DNA from: Myxococcota bacterium
GTDB lineage: Bacteria; Myxococcota_A; UBA796; CAJQPC01
Assembly: GCA_036012755.1 (NCBI GenBank)
Contig: DASCPX010000179.1
Span: 32,001 to 96,000, forward strand
Length of the DNA: 64,000 nt
Direction: 5' to 3'
This document shows positions 1-9,505 of the stretch, in pieces. Both the position numbers and the translations under genes were made by a program. The notes under the pieces were generated by a model. That model ran no database searches. It had not been told where the DNA came from and saw only the letters and a list, made by a program, of their open reading frames with translations. Every line of letters begins with the position of its first letter. Position 1 is the first letter of the stretch.

Positions 1-50
1 GTTGACTAAATAGTATTCGATGAGCTATGAAGCATCAACCCTGACCTGCT

Positions 51-350
51 TTGAAGGCCGAATTCGACAGCGTCGACACCGACGTCCTCGGGATCTCCAA
101 GGACTCGCTGTTGTCACATCACAGGTTCGTCGCCAGGCACGGGCTCACTACGCCTCTGCTCAGCGACCCGGACTTCGCGGTCCACGTGGCCTATGGCACG
201 TGGGTGGAGAAGAAGAACTTCGGCGTCACCCACTGGGGCGCCCAGCGGACCACCTTCCTGATCGACGAGGACGGGGTCATCGAGCGCGTCTGGCGCAAGG
301 TCCGCGTGAAGGGCCACGTCGACGAGGTGCTCGAGGCCGCCCGGAGCTAG
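51..350 (+). CDS. bcp: Peroxiredoxin BCP/PrxQ, C-terminal part only; N-terminus with the peroxidatic Cys is missing
   Basis: GISKDS..SH..F, LLSD, RTTFLIDEDG..VWRKVRVKGH match BCP. No PxxxTxxC motif upstream, and the first 50 nt are AT-rich with in-frame TGA stops. Confidence 0.8.
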   Translation: MKAEFDSVDTDVLGISKDSLLSHHRFVARHGLTTPLLSDPDFAVHVAYGTWVEKKNFGVTHWGAQRTTFLIDEDGVIERVWRKVRVKGHVDEVLEAARS

Positions 351-370
351 AGCTAGGGCCAGGTGCCGCC

Positions 371-838
371 CTACCGGCTCAGCTCGGGCAGGTTCTGGAG
401 GTAGCGGCCGACGCGCCGCTGCAGCTGCGGCTCCGCTTGGAGGAGGTCCGCGAGGGTGCACTGGGCCAGGAAGGCGTGGACCATCTGGTCCACCCCCGAC
501 CACAGGGCGCGAATGCTGCAGTCGCCGTCGTGAACGCAGCCGTCCTCCGCCGACCGCTTGCCCTCGCAGGGTGTGTTGAGGCGCTCATCCAGCGCTTCGA
601 GCACATCGCTCAGCCTGATCTCCCCTGGCATCCCCACGAGGGTGTACCCGCCCTTCTGACCCCTGGTGCTCGAGACCAGCCCAGCCTCTCGCAAGAGCCG
701 CATGAGCTTGCCGACGTAAGGCCGAGACAGGTTCTCCCGCTCGGCGATCGCAGCGATGGTCACGCAAGCCGATGGCTCGCACCGCGCCACCGCGAGCAGA
801 CACCGGAGGCCGTATTCGTCCTGCGCCGTGAGCCTCAT
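371..838 (-). CDS. Rrf2 family transcriptional regulator (IscR/SufR-like, 3 C-terminal Cys)
   Basis: MRLT...EYGLRCL, wHTH, STRGQKGGY, C-x9-C-x5-C. Start at ATG 838. Confidence 0.9.
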   Translation of the reverse strand: MRLTAQDEYGLRCLLAVARCEPSACVTIAAIAERENLSRPYVGKLMRLLREAGLVSSTRGQKGGYTLVGMPGEIRLSDVLEALDERLNTPCEGKRSAEDGCVHDGDCSIRALWSGVDQMVHAFLAQCTLADLLQAEPQLQRRVGRYLQNLPELSR

Positions 839-986
839 GGCGACAGGATGCTGAAACACCACCGAAAGGTCAACTTTCATGCTCGGCGCTGTCCGTCGGA
901 TGACAATTTGCCCACATACGGACAACCTGGTCGGCCAAAGGACCGGCCACCCATAGGGTCGACAAACAGCCTCACGGAGAACCACC

Positions 987-1562
987 ATGATCTCGTCCCC
1001 CGAACTCCCCTACTCCCTCGACGCCCTCGAGCCCCACATCTCCAAGGAGACCCTCGAGTACCACTGGGGCAGGCACCACCGCGCCTACGCCCGCAAGCTC
1101 AACGCCCAGATCGAAGGGACCGCGTTCGCAGAGCTCGACCTGGAGGACATCGTCCACCAGGCCCAGGGCGGCATGTTCAACAACGCCGCCCAGGTGTGGA
1201 ACCACAGCTTCTACTGGGAGTGCATGAGCCCCAACGGCGGTGGAGCCCCGACCGGCGCGCTGGCAGAGGCCATCGACTCCGCCTTTGGCTCCTTCGAGGA
1301 GTTCAAGGCCGCCTTCACGAAGACGGCGCTGACCACCTTCGGCTCTGGCTGGGCCTGGCTCGTCCGGAACGACAGCGGCGAGCTCGCCCTCGTGAGCACC
1401 AGCAACGCCCGCACCCCCCTTTTCGACAGCGTCCCGCTCTTGACCTGCGATGTCTGGGAGCACGCCTACTACGTCGATCGTCGCAACGCGCGAGGCGCCT
1501 ACGTCGAGGCCTTCTGGAACCTGGTCGACTGGGACCGCGTCGCCGCCCGCTTCGGGGCCTGA
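987..1562 (+). CDS. sodB: Superoxide dismutase [Fe]
   Basis: [47 protein letters not shown]. Confidence 0.95.
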   Translation: MISSPELPYSLDALEPHISKETLEYHWGRHHRAYARKLNAQIEGTAFAELDLEDIVHQAQGGMFNNAAQVWNHSFYWECMSPNGGGAPTGALAEAIDSAFGSFEEFKAAFTKTALTTFGSGWAWLVRNDSGELALVSTSNARTPLFDSVPLLTCDVWEHAYYVDRRNARGAYVEAFWNLVDWDRVAARFGA

Positions 1563-1619
1563 GACCACCGGGCCAGCGCTGAAGCGGGTGCAGAATGGTC
1601 AGCGTCGACAGGAGCGACG

Positions 1620-3125
1620 TTGCTGGAGTCCCTGCTCCTACGAGTCACCAAAGCGAGCCGCCGTCACGCCTGGCTGGTCATCATCGGCTCGGTGGTCGCC
1701 TGCCTGTCGCTGGGCGCCCTGGTGACCACGGTGCCGATCAACCTGACCCTGCTGTCGATCATCGACAAGGACGATCCGGAGGTCGCGCACTTCTTCGAGG
1801 TCTCGGACTCGCTGAGGACCCTCCACCGGATGCTGCTGTTGGTGGAGGGACCGGAACAGCAGCTGGATCCTGCTCTCGAGGAGCTCGGCCCGGCGCTGGA
1901 GGAGCTGCCCGAGGTGGCCGAGGTGCGAGCGGAGCGGCCGCTGGACTGGCTGGAGGCGCGGGCCCCCTACCTCGTCGAGCGGAGGGTCTTCGACGACTGG
2001 GTGCGCGTGGCGCTCTCGCCCGGGGACGAGCAGTCGACCGAGCGTCTGAGGGCCGGTCTGGCCAGGGTCGCCGCTGTGGGGGTTCGCCACCCGGTGGCGG
2101 TCACGATCGTGGCCCTGGGCCTAGTGGTCGCCGCGCTCGCGGGGCTGCCCCGCTTCGAGCTCGAGACCGACCTCGAGAAGGTCTTCAGCCGAGACCTGCC
2201 GGCCCTGGAGACAGGCGACAGGATCAAGGAGATCTACGGCGTGGACACCCAGCCCTGGATCGTGATCACCGACACGCTGGACGAGGCCAGGGCGGTGACA
2301 GGGGCCCTCGAGGCGACGCCGACCTTCGGGACAGCCCACAGCGCCGCGACCCTGCTGCCCGACGATCTCACAGAGCGCCAGCGCATCCTCCGCCAGAGCC
2401 TCCCTGCGATGATCCAAGCGCAGACCGGCATCACCGGGGCGCTGGTCCAGGCCGCCCTGAAGGGAGCGCCCACCCCGGCGGATCTGCTCGAGTCCTTGAA
2501 GAGATCCCTGATGACCCCGGACGGCCGCTTCATCGTGCGGGCCTACGCGGCGGACCCCTCGCTGGACGGAAGGGACGCCAGGGACCGGCGCCTCGTCGCC
2601 CAGGCCATCGCTCCGGAAGCCACCGGCATGGGGGTCGTCCTGGAGCAGACCGCAGGGGGAGACCGGCCCTGGCTGAAGTGGGTCTTCGTCGCGATCCTGG
2701 GTTTCGTCCTCGCCGTGTTGGCGCTGGACCTACGGTCTGTGCGCTGGATGATCGTGGCGGTCTCGCCAGTGGTCTTCGGGACCATCTGCTGCGTCGGTGT
2801 CTTCTGCTGGGTGGGCATCCCCTTCAACGTCGACACCGTGCTGGTCATGCCGCTGTTGATCGGCCTTGGGGTGGACGACGGCATCCACGAGGTCCACAGG
2901 ATTCGGCAAATGGGGGGACCACCGGACAAAGCCGCCGTGTCCGTCGGCAGGGCGATCACGATGACCACGCTCACCACCATCGCGTCGGTGACCGCGTTCC
3001 TCTTCAGCGATCACAGGGGCCTGGAGTCCCTGGCCCTGGTGCTGATCATCGGCCTGCCGCTCTGCCTCGCCGCGACGCTCTTGCTGGTGCCCGCCCTGAC
3101 CCTGCTCACGAGGCCTCCGCGATGA
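1620..3125 (+). CDS. MMPL/RND family transporter, apparently internally shortened
   Basis: C-terminal TM block with GLGVDDGIH and GRAITMTTLTT. Only one full TM repeat; 501 aa. Confidence 0.75.
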   Translation: MLESLLLRVTKASRRHAWLVIIGSVVACLSLGALVTTVPINLTLLSIIDKDDPEVAHFFEVSDSLRTLHRMLLLVEGPEQQLDPALEELGPALEELPEVAEVRAERPLDWLEARAPYLVERRVFDDWVRVALSPGDEQSTERLRAGLARVAAVGVRHPVAVTIVALGLVVAALAGLPRFELETDLEKVFSRDLPALETGDRIKEIYGVDTQPWIVITDTLDEARAVTGALEATPTFGTAHSAATLLPDDLTERQRILRQSLPAMIQAQTGITGALVQAALKGAPTPADLLESLKRSLMTPDGRFIVRAYAADPSLDGRDARDRRLVAQAIAPEATGMGVVLEQTAGGDRPWLKWVFVAILGFVLAVLALDLRSVRWMIVAVSPVVFGTICCVGVFCWVGIPFNVDTVLVMPLLIGLGVDDGIHEVHRIRQMGGPPDKAAVSVGRAITMTTLTTIASVTAFLFSDHRGLESLALVLIIGLPLCLAATLLLVPALTLLTRPPR

Positions 3126-4150
3126 GGGCGGCGCTGCCAGCGCTGTGGTGCCTCCTGGCCGCCGTGCTGTTCGGCGGATCGACCCCGGCGACCAAGGCGC
3201 TGGTGGCGGAGTCCAGCCCGCTGGTGCTGGCCGGGCTCCTGTACCTGGGCGCCGCCGCGGCGGTCCTCCCCTTCTCTCTCCGAGGAGGCTCCAGCCGCTG
3301 GCGTGCCCCGCGGAACCTCGGTCGGCTCGGTGGGGCTGTGCTCTTCGGCGGCATCCTGGGCCCCGCGGCGCTGCTCTACGGCCTGTCCATGGCGCCGGCC
3401 GCCAGTGTCGCCCTCTGGCTGAACCTGGAGACCGTCGCCACGGCCGTGCTGGCCTGGGTCTTCTTCCGAGAGAACCTCGCGGCGCCCACCTGGCTGGCCA
3501 ACCTCGGCGTCGTCCTCGCAGGGGCCCTGTTGATCCTCCCGGACGGGGTCACCCTCGGTCCGGCTGCCGCCCTGTTGGCCCTGGCCTGCATCTGCTGGGG
3601 CCTGGACAACAACCTCACGGCCATCATCGACGGCTTCACGCCGGAGCAGTCGACCTTCGCCAAGGGGCTGGTGGCTGGGAGCTTCAACCTCGGGCTCGCG
3701 ATGCTGCTCGGCCACGATCTGCCAGGCTGGACCTCGCTGATCGCGACGCTGGCGGTGGGGGCGCTGGGCTACGGCGCCAGCATCGTGCTGTACATCCGGG
3801 GGGCCCAGCACCTCGGCGCGACGCGCTCGCAGATGCTCTTCGCCACCGCACCGGTCTTCGGTCTCGCCGGCGCCTGGCTGGTCCTCGGCGAGCCCATCGA
3901 GCTGGTCCAGATCGCCGCGGCGGCAGTGCTCGCGGTCGCCCTGGTCGTGATGCTGCGCGCTCGACACGCACACCGCCACACCCACGCCTCGACGGTGCAC
4001 ACCCACCTCCACAGGCACGACGACGGCCACCACGACCACGCCCACGAGGACTTCCCGGCGGAGGGCTGGCACACCCACGAGCACGAACACGGGCCCCTCG
4101 CTCACAGTCACCCCCACCAGCCGGACCTCCACCACCGCCACCATCACTGA
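3122..4150 (+). CDS. DMT/EamA family transporter with His-rich C-terminal tail
   Basis: About 10 TM segments, CWGLDNNLT, and tail HAHRHTH...HPHQPDLHHRHHH. ATGA overlap with the upstream gene. Confidence 0.9.
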   Translation: MRAALPALWCLLAAVLFGGSTPATKALVAESSPLVLAGLLYLGAAAAVLPFSLRGGSSRWRAPRNLGRLGGAVLFGGILGPAALLYGLSMAPAASVALWLNLETVATAVLAWVFFRENLAAPTWLANLGVVLAGALLILPDGVTLGPAAALLALACICWGLDNNLTAIIDGFTPEQSTFAKGLVAGSFNLGLAMLLGHDLPGWTSLIATLAVGALGYGASIVLYIRGAQHLGATRSQMLFATAPVFGLAGAWLVLGEPIELVQIAAAAVLAVALVVMLRARHAHRHTHASTVHTHLHRHDDGHHDHAHEDFPAEGWHTHEHEHGPLAHSHPHQPDLHHRHHH

Positions 4151-4216
4151 GGGCGGTCCGCTGAGGTCGCCTCAATTGTAGCGACTGGAATCGTGTTCGG
4201 CGTCGTTCTGTTATCG

Positions 4217-6769
4217 ATGCGAATGGTCTTCCTCCTTACGCTCGGCTGCAACAAAGATGTCCCTCTCGAGACAGGCGAGGGGCTCTTCCGCGCCGGCTGT
4301 CCCATCGCTGGAGAGGCCCACGCCCGGGTCCTGGCCGACCCGGAGGAGCGGCCCTTCGGCTCCGACGCCATCGCCAAGCCCGGCGACGTCGTGCTGCTCA
4401 ACGAGGAGGCTGCCTGGGTGATCGGCGACCCCACCGCCCCGGTCACCTACATCGACTACGGCGGGAACCCGGTGGACGCGATCCGCGTGAAGGACTGCGA
4501 GCAGCTCGCCGACGAGCGCTTCGGAGAGCTCGGCTTCCTCGTCGGAGAGCTCCACCTCGACGACTGGCAGACCTCGGTCCTGCGCATGTTCGAGGGCGAG
4601 TCCATGACCATCGTCGAGGACGGGAGCGACGGGGGTGCCGCGGTCGTCGAGGTCTACGGCCGTGACGCGCGCTTCTACCTCGTCGAGCTCACCTTGCTGG
4701 AGGAGGCCTACCTCGACGGCAAGGAGCTCTGGCCCGCTGAGCCCTTCGGCCTGGAGATGACGGTCCGCTACACGCTGGAGCCCAACGACCCGGTGCTGCA
4801 GACAGAGGTCCTCTTCGAGGGCACCTCCAGCGAGACCCACGAGCTCATGGCGGCGCTCATCGAGTTCCCCACGGACCGCGGGCGGCGGGTCACCTTCGCG
4901 GACAGCGCAGCCTCCATGGCCGGCTTCACGATGGACCTTGGCGTGCCCTGGGTGGGCACCAGCGACGGGCTGTCCTCGACGGCCATCACCATCCCGGACG
5001 CCAGGCTCTCGCGGATGGGCATCTCCGGTGTCACCGTGCTCGTCGACGCCGACATGGCTCTGGAACCCTTCCCCATCGCAGAGGGTGACGTCGGTTCCAT
5101 GCAGGCGCTGTTGTCGGTGGGCGCCGGCGGAACCTCTGAGGCCACCTGCGCCTTGTCCGCCCACAACCCCGAGCCGATCCCGGGCAAGCCCGTCGCCGTC
5201 GTCCGGGTCTCCGGGTCGGCACCTGGGGCCGACCTGGTCGAGGTCTGGGCACCCAACAACTCCGGCGTGCTGGACCTCCTCGACACCGTCGCCGTCACCG
5301 ACGGGGGTGTCTTCGACACCTGGCTCACGGACCTCGGGGAGGGGCTGAGCCTCCGCGCCGTCGGCGAGGGGCGCAACGACGGCGCCTTCGTCGACCTCGA
5401 CGGTGACGTGAGTGACCTCGAGCTGCCCGTGGAGCCTCGTGGGGACCTGGGTGTCTTCGTCGTCGACTCCGACGGCGAGCCCATCACGACGCGGGTCCAG
5501 CTCCAGGGCGAGACCTCGAGCGTCCACTACCCCCTCTCCGGCGAGCTCGTCCACGTGCCACCAGGCACCTACGACGTCTACGTCAGCAAGGGCTACGAGT
5601 GGGAGATCTGGGAGGGAGTCGTCAGCGTCCCCGGCACCCTGAGCATCAGCCTCGAACAGGTGGTGGAGCACCCCGGCTGGAGATCCACCGACAGCCACAT
5701 CCACAACGAGCCCAGCGCCGACTCCAGGGTGCTCCCGGAAGACCGGGCGCGCACCGTGGCCGCCGCCGGACTCGACGGCATCGTGACCACCGACCACGAG
5801 GCGATCGTGGACCTGTCCTGGGCCGCGCTCGCGGTGGACGAGGAGCCCACCTTCCTCCTGGGCTCCGAGATCACCGCCACCTTCCCCGAGCACAGCAACG
5901 CCTGGCCCTTCCCGGTCGTCGAGGACCACCCTCGCGGCGACCCGGTGGACTGGTACGAGCTCGGCTTCCCGGGCATCTACGCCGCCACCCGTGCCCGCGG
6001 GGCAGAGGTCATCCAGATCAACCACGCCCGGGTCAACGGCGAGTGCGGCATCCTCTGCGTGCTCGACTGGGACCGCGCGAGCGAGCCCGGCATGGACGCC
6101 GCGCGCTTCCTCGTCGAGGGCGAGGTCTGGTCCTGGGACTTCGACGCCTTCGAGGTGCTCAACTCCACGCGCTGTCCCTTCCTCGACCCCGCGGATCCCC
6201 GCCACACCGGCGCCTTCACCGACTGGCTCGCCTTCCACAACCTCGGGCACCGCGTCACCGGCATGGCGGTCACGGACGCCCACGGGCTGGACATGCCCGG
6301 AGTCCCCCGGACCTACCTGGACGTGGAGACCCACGGCGACGAGGTCACCGCCACCCTCGCCGGAGCCGCCGTCATGAGCGCCGGCGCCTTCGCCGAGGTG
6401 TCGATCGGCGAGGTGGGACCTGGCGGAACCACGAGCTCGACGACCTTGGACATAGTGGTGCGAGCCCTGCCACAGATCGACGTCACAGAGGTGATGGTGC
6501 TCGCCAACTGCGAGCTCGTCGAGACGCTCTCCGCCACAGACCCCTACGAGGTCGACAAGCTCTCGACCAGGCTGGAGCTCGAGCTGGAAGAGGACAGCCA
6601 CGTCGTCGTCCTCGGCTTCGGCGAGCTGCGCATGCCGACGGGACTCGGGGACGACTACGACCCGGCGACCGTGCCGCGCTTCATCTCGAACCCGATCTTC
6701 GTGGACCTCGACGGCGACGGCTGGACGCCCCCCGGTCCGCGGGACTGCTGGACGCCGCTGGCCCTGTGA
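4217..6769 (+). CDS. Secreted lipoprotein, CehA/McbA-like PHP-domain metallohydrolase
   Basis: LLTLGC lipobox-like signal; DSHIH, TDHE, NH and TDAH metal motifs; FISNPIFVD. Confidence 0.8.
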   Translation: MRMVFLLTLGCNKDVPLETGEGLFRAGCPIAGEAHARVLADPEERPFGSDAIAKPGDVVLLNEEAAWVIGDPTAPVTYIDYGGNPVDAIRVKDCEQLADERFGELGFLVGELHLDDWQTSVLRMFEGESMTIVEDGSDGGAAVVEVYGRDARFYLVELTLLEEAYLDGKELWPAEPFGLEMTVRYTLEPNDPVLQTEVLFEGTSSETHELMAALIEFPTDRGRRVTFADSAASMAGFTMDLGVPWVGTSDGLSSTAITIPDARLSRMGISGVTVLVDADMALEPFPIAEGDVGSMQALLSVGAGGTSEATCALSAHNPEPIPGKPVAVVRVSGSAPGADLVEVWAPNNSGVLDLLDTVAVTDGGVFDTWLTDLGEGLSLRAVGEGRNDGAFVDLDGDVSDLELPVEPRGDLGVFVVDSDGEPITTRVQLQGETSSVHYPLSGELVHVPPGTYDVYVSKGYEWEIWEGVVSVPGTLSISLEQVVEHPGWRSTDSHIHNEPSADSRVLPEDRARTVAAAGLDGIVTTDHEAIVDLSWAALAVDEEPTFLLGSEITATFPEHSNAWPFPVVEDHPRGDPVDWYELGFPGIYAATRARGAEVIQINHARVNGECGILCVLDWDRASEPGMDAARFLVEGEVWSWDFDAFEVLNSTRCPFLDPADPRHTGAFTDWLAFHNLGHRVTGMAVTDAHGLDMPGVPRTYLDVETHGDEVTATLAGAAVMSAGAFAEVSIGEVGPGGTTSSTTLDIVVRALPQIDVTEVMVLANCELVETLSATDPYEVDKLSTRLELELEEDSHVVVLGFGELRMPTGLGDDYDPATVPRFISNPIFVDLDGDGWTPPGPRDCWTPLAL

Positions 6770-8631
6770 TCGTCGCCCGCGACGTCGAGGTCGCCTTTGG
6801 AGACCGGCGGGTGCTGCGGGGCTGCGACCTCGTCGTGCAGCCTGCAGACCGGATCGGGCTCGTTGGAGCCAACGGCTGCGGGAAGTCGACCCTGTTGCGC
6901 TGCCTGTCAGGGGACGTCCACCCGGACTCGGGCACCGTGTCGGTGAGCGGGCGGCTCTCCTCCCTGTCCCAGGAACCCCGACTCGACGGACACACCGTGG
7001 GGGACTGCGTCGCCGCCGCCGTCGCCTGGCACGCCAGGCTCCTCGACGACTACCACCGGGCGCTCTCGGAAGAGGACTTCGAGACCAGCAGCGCCCTCCA
7101 GGATCGACTGGACCACGTCGGCTGGGAGGCCGGCCATCGAGTCGACGCGATGCTGGACCGGCTGGGGGCCCCTCCGACCGAGGCGGTCATCGCCCAGCTC
7201 TCCGGGGGGGAGCGCCGGAGGGTGGCGCTGGCGCTGGCGCTGCTCGGTCAGCCTGCCGTGCTGCTGCTGGACGAGCCCACCAACCACCTCGACGTGGGAG
7301 CCGTGGAGTGGCTCCAGAGCTGGCTCTCGGGCTTCCGGGGGGCGCTCGTGCTGGTCACCCACGACCGCTACCTGCTGGAGGCTGTCGTCGACCGGATCGT
7401 CGAGGTCGAGAGGGGCAGGATCGTCAGCTACGAGGGCAGCTACACGGACTACCTCCTGGCTCGGGCGGAGCGCCAGGCCCAACAGGAGCAGGCCCAGAAC
7501 CGGCGGCTGAGGCTGATCGCGCGGGAAGCGGCCTGGGCAGCGCGCTCACCGGCTGCTCGCAGCACGAAGCAGAAGGCTCGCCTGGAGCGCCTGGATGCCT
7601 TGCAGAGCCAGGAGCAGGTCGAGTTCGACCGCGGCTTCGACCTGGATCTGTCGACCGGACAGCGCCGCAGCGGCGTGGTGCTGGAGGTCATCGGGGTCCA
7701 CAAGGCCTACGGGGGCCGGGAGCTCCTCTGTGGCCTGGACCTCTCGCTGTCACCTGGCGAGCGCATCGGCGTGCTCGGCGCCAACGGCTCGGGAAAGTCC
7801 ACGCTGCTGCAGATCCTGACTGGCACCCTCGGCCCCGACGCCGGCGAGGTCGTGCGTGCCTCGAGGGTGGACGTGGCGCTGCTGGATCAGCACCGGACCG
7901 GGCTCGAGGCTCCAGACGGCTCGGACTGGACCGTCTTCGAGGCCGCCGGGGGTGGCGCCTCTGTGGTGACCCTGGCCGCGAAGCAAGGCGCCAGCTGGCA
8001 GCGCTCGGGTGGACGCGGCGCCCGGACCGTGGGCGTAGCGAACTTCCTGGAGCGCTTCCTCTTCCCACGCGAGGCCCTCGAGATGCCCGTCAGCAGGCTC
8101 TCCGGCGGCGAGCGAGCCCGCCTGTTGCTGGCGAAGCTGTTGTTGCGCGGCGCTGGAGTCCTGCTCCTCGACGAGCCGACCAACGACCTCGACCTGCTCA
8201 CCCTGAGGGTGCTCGAGGAGGCGCTGTTGTCCTTCGACGGTGCGGTGGTGGTCGTGACACACGACCGAGCCTTCCTCGACCGCGTGTGCACCGGGCTGTT
8301 GCACTTCGGACCCGCTGGGCCGACCCGCTACGCCTCGCGATCGCAGATCCCTCGCCTCGCCCCGGCGCCACAGGACGAGGAGAAACCTCGCCAGCCGGAG
8401 AGGCCCAAGACGAAGAAGCGCTCATGGAGACAGCGGCAGGAGTTCGAGGCCCTGCCCGGCCGCATCGAGCAGGCCGAGGCCGAGCACGCTGAGCTGGCCA
8501 AGGTCCTCGCGGCCCCGGAGACCTACACCAGGCCGCCGGTCGAGGTCGCGGCGCTGACCACGAAGCTCGCGGAGCTGGAGGTGGCGATCGAGGCCCTGTA
8601 CGAGCGCTGGGGTGAGCTCGAGGACCAGTGA
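6766..8631 (+). CDS. ABC-F family ATP-binding protein (Uup-like)
   Basis: Two ABC domains (GANGCGKST, GANGSGKST, LSGGE, LLLDEPTN), ARSTKQKAR linker, C-terminal coiled coil ending LYERW. GTG start overlaps the upstream stop. Confidence 0.92.
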   Translation: MIVARDVEVAFGDRRVLRGCDLVVQPADRIGLVGANGCGKSTLLRCLSGDVHPDSGTVSVSGRLSSLSQEPRLDGHTVGDCVAAAVAWHARLLDDYHRALSEEDFETSSALQDRLDHVGWEAGHRVDAMLDRLGAPPTEAVIAQLSGGERRRVALALALLGQPAVLLLDEPTNHLDVGAVEWLQSWLSGFRGALVLVTHDRYLLEAVVDRIVEVERGRIVSYEGSYTDYLLARAERQAQQEQAQNRRLRLIAREAAWAARSPAARSTKQKARLERLDALQSQEQVEFDRGFDLDLSTGQRRSGVVLEVIGVHKAYGGRELLCGLDLSLSPGERIGVLGANGSGKSTLLQILTGTLGPDAGEVVRASRVDVALLDQHRTGLEAPDGSDWTVFEAAGGGASVVTLAAKQGASWQRSGGRGARTVGVANFLERFLFPREALEMPVSRLSGGERARLLLAKLLLRGAGVLLLDEPTNDLDLLTLRVLEEALLSFDGAVVVVTHDRAFLDRVCTGLLHFGPAGPTRYASRSQIPRLAPAPQDEEKPRQPERPKTKKRSWRQRQEFEALPGRIEQAEAEHAELAKVLAAPETYTRPPVEVAALTTKLAELEVAIEALYERWGELEDQ

Positions 8632-8724
8632 GCATGGTGCTCGATGGCCAGCGGGACGTGCAGTCTTGGCGACCCTGACGCGCAGCCTCCACCAAATGGC
8701 ACACAAGCGTGCTGGGACCCGAGC

Positions 8725-8997
8725 TCAGTCCTCGTCCCCGTCGTCCTCGTCGTCGTCCTCGTCGTTCTTCGCGCTCTCCTTCGACGATCCGGCCCTTTGG
8801 TGTGACCTCCGCCTCCCAGCGCTCACCCTCGGCGGTCTTCACCTCGACGTCGTAGACCCTCCCTCCCGCTCGGCCTCGAGGAAGGTGCAGCCGGGCCACT
8901 TGTCCTCGACGGCTTTCTTCACGGCGTCGGGGAGCTCGGAGATCGGGACGGGGACCTCGTCTTCGGCAAGCGCGAGGGTCAAGAGGAGGGGGAACAT
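8725..8997 (-). pseudogene. Small secreted PepSY-like protein with two compensating frameshifts
   Basis: MFPLLLTLALAEDEVPVPISELPDAVKKAVEDKWPG..., then a shifted frame VYDVEVKTAEGERWEAEVTPKG, then the acidic tail DEDDDEDDGDED* back in the start frame. Confidence 0.7.
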
Positions 8998-9505
8998 GAG
9001 CCCAGCCTACCGTGCCGTTGGATTCCGACTGCTCATGTGTCCACGAAAACGGGTCAGCTTCAACTCCAAGGATATCGCTTTGCGATCGCCCATCTGAACA
9101 TAGTCGCCGCCATGCGAGGCTACCTGCGATGCGGCGCACAGCGCCTCCGCCCCGTTTCCGCTACTCGTAGAAAGCGTCACTCCTACCACCCTGCTACCCC
9201 TTGGTTTGCACCTTCATGACACGCCGATCGCGGGGCGGCCGTCGTGGACGAGCTGACCTACGCCGGATTCCTCGACGAGTAGGGACGGCGGCGCTCCTGG
9301 GTGGAGCTGCCAGTGAACCAGCACCGTCCCTCGGAGCAGCGCCACTCGTGGCGGCTGTGCGGCCTGATCGACTGATCGACCGATTGACTCAGCGCGGCAC
9401 GGAGGTAGCACGTGCTACCGCGGGCTCGACGCTCCGGACCCCACGGGCCGAGGTCGAGAGTCCCGCGCGGGGTGCTAGGCTGCGCGCCATGGAGGACCGA
9501 CACCG

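Noticed and set aside
21..50. In-frame TGA (42-44) upstream of bcp as selenocysteine
   Set aside because: The context MKHQP*PA does not match the BCP TPGC/U motif or its spacing; the region looks like unrelated sequence at a break
1595..8631. Apparent giant fusions 1595..4150 and 5599..8631 (also 11922..13682, 14462..16654, 32448..35777)
   Set aside because: The N-terminal extensions are out-of-frame read-through of upstream genes; true starts overlap or follow the upstream stops
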